From an uncultured Bifidobacteriaceae bacterium (GTDB lineage Bacteria > Verrucomicrobiota > Verrucomicrobiia > Limisphaerales > UBA11358), in the NCBI GenBank assembly GCA_964532525.1, contig CAZHIM010000003.1, forward strand, positions 4,819-68,818: 64,000 bases of DNA. The letters run 5' to 3'. Position numbers and translations under genes: made by a program. Of the stretch, positions 62,346 through 64,000 are shown in pieces. Below the pieces are notes generated by a model. It saw nothing but the letters and a program-made list of their open reading frames with translations. It was not told the origin of the DNA and made no database searches. Numbering within the stretch: position 1 is the stretch's first letter; each line of letters opens with the position of its first letter.

Positions 62346-64000
62346 ATGCAGCAAACCGCCTCTTTCCTGCGCTGGGTGGTTTTTTCCGCCTGCTTCGCAC
62401 TCGTCGGAACGCTGGGCGCCGGCCCGGCCGCCCCCCGGCCGAATATCGTGCTGATTCTCGCCGATGATTTGGGGTATTCGGATTTCGGTTGTTTTGGCTC
62501 TGAAATTGCCACACCCAACATTGATCATCTGGCGGCCGGCGGCGTGGCGTTGACGCAGTTTTATAACCAAGCCCGCTGTTGCCCCACGCGCGCAGCCCTG
62601 CTTACCGGGCGCTATCAACATCAGGTGGGCGTTGGCGAGATGATTGATGACTATGCTGCCGCGGCCCGCAAGGCCGCCGCCAGCCCGGCTTATCAGGATC
62701 ACCTGAGCACCAACAGTCCGACCTTGGCCGAACTCCTGCGCGCCGCCGGTTACCAGACGCTGATGTCCGGGAAGTGGCATCTGGGCAGGCAGCCCAACGA
62801 ATGGCCGGTGCGGCGCGGGTTTGATCACTCATTCGTACAGGTGGATGGGGCGATGAATTATTTCGGCGGCAATTCCGGCGAGGGTCCGCGCGCCCGCATG
62901 GCCCTGGATGACCAGCCCTATGTGCCGCCGCACGACGGGTTTTACTCAACCGACGCGTTCGCGGATCACGCCATTCAATTCCTTGACGAGGCGGTGAAGC
63001 AGCCGCGGGGCAAGCCCTTCTTCCTGTATCTAGCCTTTAACGCCTCGCACTGGCCCTTGCAGGCTCCGGCAGAAGAGATTGCCAAGTACCAGGGCGCCTA
63101 TGACCAGGGCTGGCAGGCCACCCGGGCCCGGCGGCTGGTCAAAATGAAGCAACTGGGCATCGTAGCCCAGGCCCAGACCATGGCCCCCATGGACCGGGGC
63201 AAGGTGAAGCCCTGGGACGAACTGACCGATGACGAGAGAAAACAATGGGCACGCAGGATGGAGGTTTATGCCGCGCAAACCGAGCACATGGACCGCGAAA
63301 TCGGCAGACTCACCGCTGAACTTCAACGGCTGGGGGTGGCCAGCAACACGCTGGTCGTTGTGCTTTCAGACAATGGCGGCGCGGCGGAGGATCCCAACGG
63401 CGGGGATCATTCGGTGCCCATCGGTGACCGTGATTCCTTTCGCGGTTACGACCGGCCATGGGCGACGGTGAGCAACACCCCCTGGCGTTTGCATAAGACC
63501 ACCGCCTTTGAAGGGGGCATCAGCACGGCGCTCATTGCCAACTGGCCAGCCGGCATTCCGAATCAAAAGTGCGGCACATTGGTTCGCGAGCCGGCAGATG
63601 TCATTGACCTGCTGCCCACGTTTTTGAGTCTGGCGGGCGCAAAGTACCCGGCCGCCCACAACCTTAAACCAGAGGGGCTGGATATCACCGCCATGCTGAA
63701 AGGGGACCGCGGCGACACCAACCGCGTGTTCTGCTGGGAACACGAAGGCAACCGTGCCATCCGGGCCGGCGATTGGAAACTCGTCGCCCCTCCGTCGAAA
63801 AAAGCCTGGCAGCTTTACAACCTCGCCACCGATCGGGTTGAGTCTCATGACTCCGCCAACGAACATCCTGAAATCGTCACCCGGTTGAGCGCGGAATACG
63901 ATGCGTGGGCCGCACGCTGCGGTGTCATTCCCTATTCCACGATCCGGGAACGGATGCAAGCCAACCATGCGTCGCTCAAACCCGCCTTTGAGGATGAGTA
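62346..64000 (+). CDS. Sulfatase (Cys-type arylsulfatase-like), secreted; 3' end runs off the window
   Basis: Absent from the ORF track (no stop inside the window). ATG 62346 gives MQQTASFLRWVVFSACFALVGTLGAGPAAPRPNIVLILADDLGYSDFGCFGSEIATPNIDHLA...QARCCPTRAALLTGRY. The frame stays open to 64000 (...RMQANHASLKPAFEDE). Confidence 0.85.
   Translation, partial: MQQTASFLRWVVFSACFALVGTLGAGPAAPRPNIVLILADDLGYSDFGCFGSEIATPNIDHLAAGGVALTQFYNQARCCPTRAALLTGRYQHQVGVGEMIDDYAAAARKAAASPAYQDHLSTNSPTLAELLRAAGYQTLMSGKWHLGRQPNEWPVRRGFDHSFVQVDGAMNYFGGNSGEGPRARMALDDQPYVPPHDGFYSTDAFADHAIQFLDEAVKQPRGKPFFLYLAFNASHWPLQAPAEEIAKYQGAYDQGWQATRARRLVKMKQLGIVAQAQTMAPMDRGKVKPWDELTDDERKQWARRMEVYAAQTEHMDREIGRLTAELQRLGVASNTLVVVLSDNGGAAEDPNGGDHSVPIGDRDSFRGYDRPWATVSNTPWRLHKTTAFEGGISTALIANWPAGIPNQKCGTLVREPADVIDLLPTFLSLAGAKYPAAHNLKPEGLDITAMLKGDRGDTNRVFCWEHEGNRAIRAGDWKLVAPPSKKAWQLYNLATDRVESHDSANEHPEIVTRLSAEYDAWAARCGVIPYSTIRERMQANHASLKPAFEDE

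Overview
High-GC (roughly 60%) bacterial chromosome segment, probably from the PVC superphylum and most likely Verrucomicrobiota. That inference rests on autotransporter-associated beta-strand-repeat giants, a DUF1559-type pseudopilin-like protein, many LamG fusions and a PVM-type microcompartment locus. The left edge is housekeeping (thrC-hom, an MFS transporter, a GAF protein). The remaining ~58 kb is a glycan-utilisation island. It holds (i) a 1442-aa internally duplicated LamG/Big_2 surface protein next to a XylR-like regulator. (ii) An apparent operon of a minimal glycyl-radical activase, a divergent 745-aa glycyl-radical enzyme and two secreted GH51-like hydrolases, inserted over the stub of a sugar ABC ATPase. 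(iii) araC-fucI-(fucU stub)-fucP-(sugar-kinase stub)-lutABC. (iv) A ParDE-like toxin-antitoxin pair. (v) A complete bacterial microcompartment locus: DeoR, PduS-like, PduT-like, PduL, 3 BMC-H, acetate kinase, 3 BMC-P, acylating aldehyde dehydrogenase and class II aldolase. (vi) A block with four Cys-type sulfatases (one fused to a beta-strand-repeat/cadherin-like/LamG giant), a GH18-like multidomain protein, a glutaminase-A-like hydrolase, a second 1651-aa beta-strand-repeat giant, and a propeller-sensor histidine kinase whose LuxR-type response regulator lies on the far side of that giant. No rRNA, tRNA, CRISPR array or transposase was recognised. The most interesting items are the unclassified glycyl-radical system co-transcribed with secreted hydrolases, the microcompartment with a possible PduS/PduT electron conduit and no alcohol dehydrogenase, a C-terminal ~50-aa motif shared by the giant secreted proteins, and several N-terminal gene stubs marking recombination scars. 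All calls come from reading translations by eye; no database search was run.
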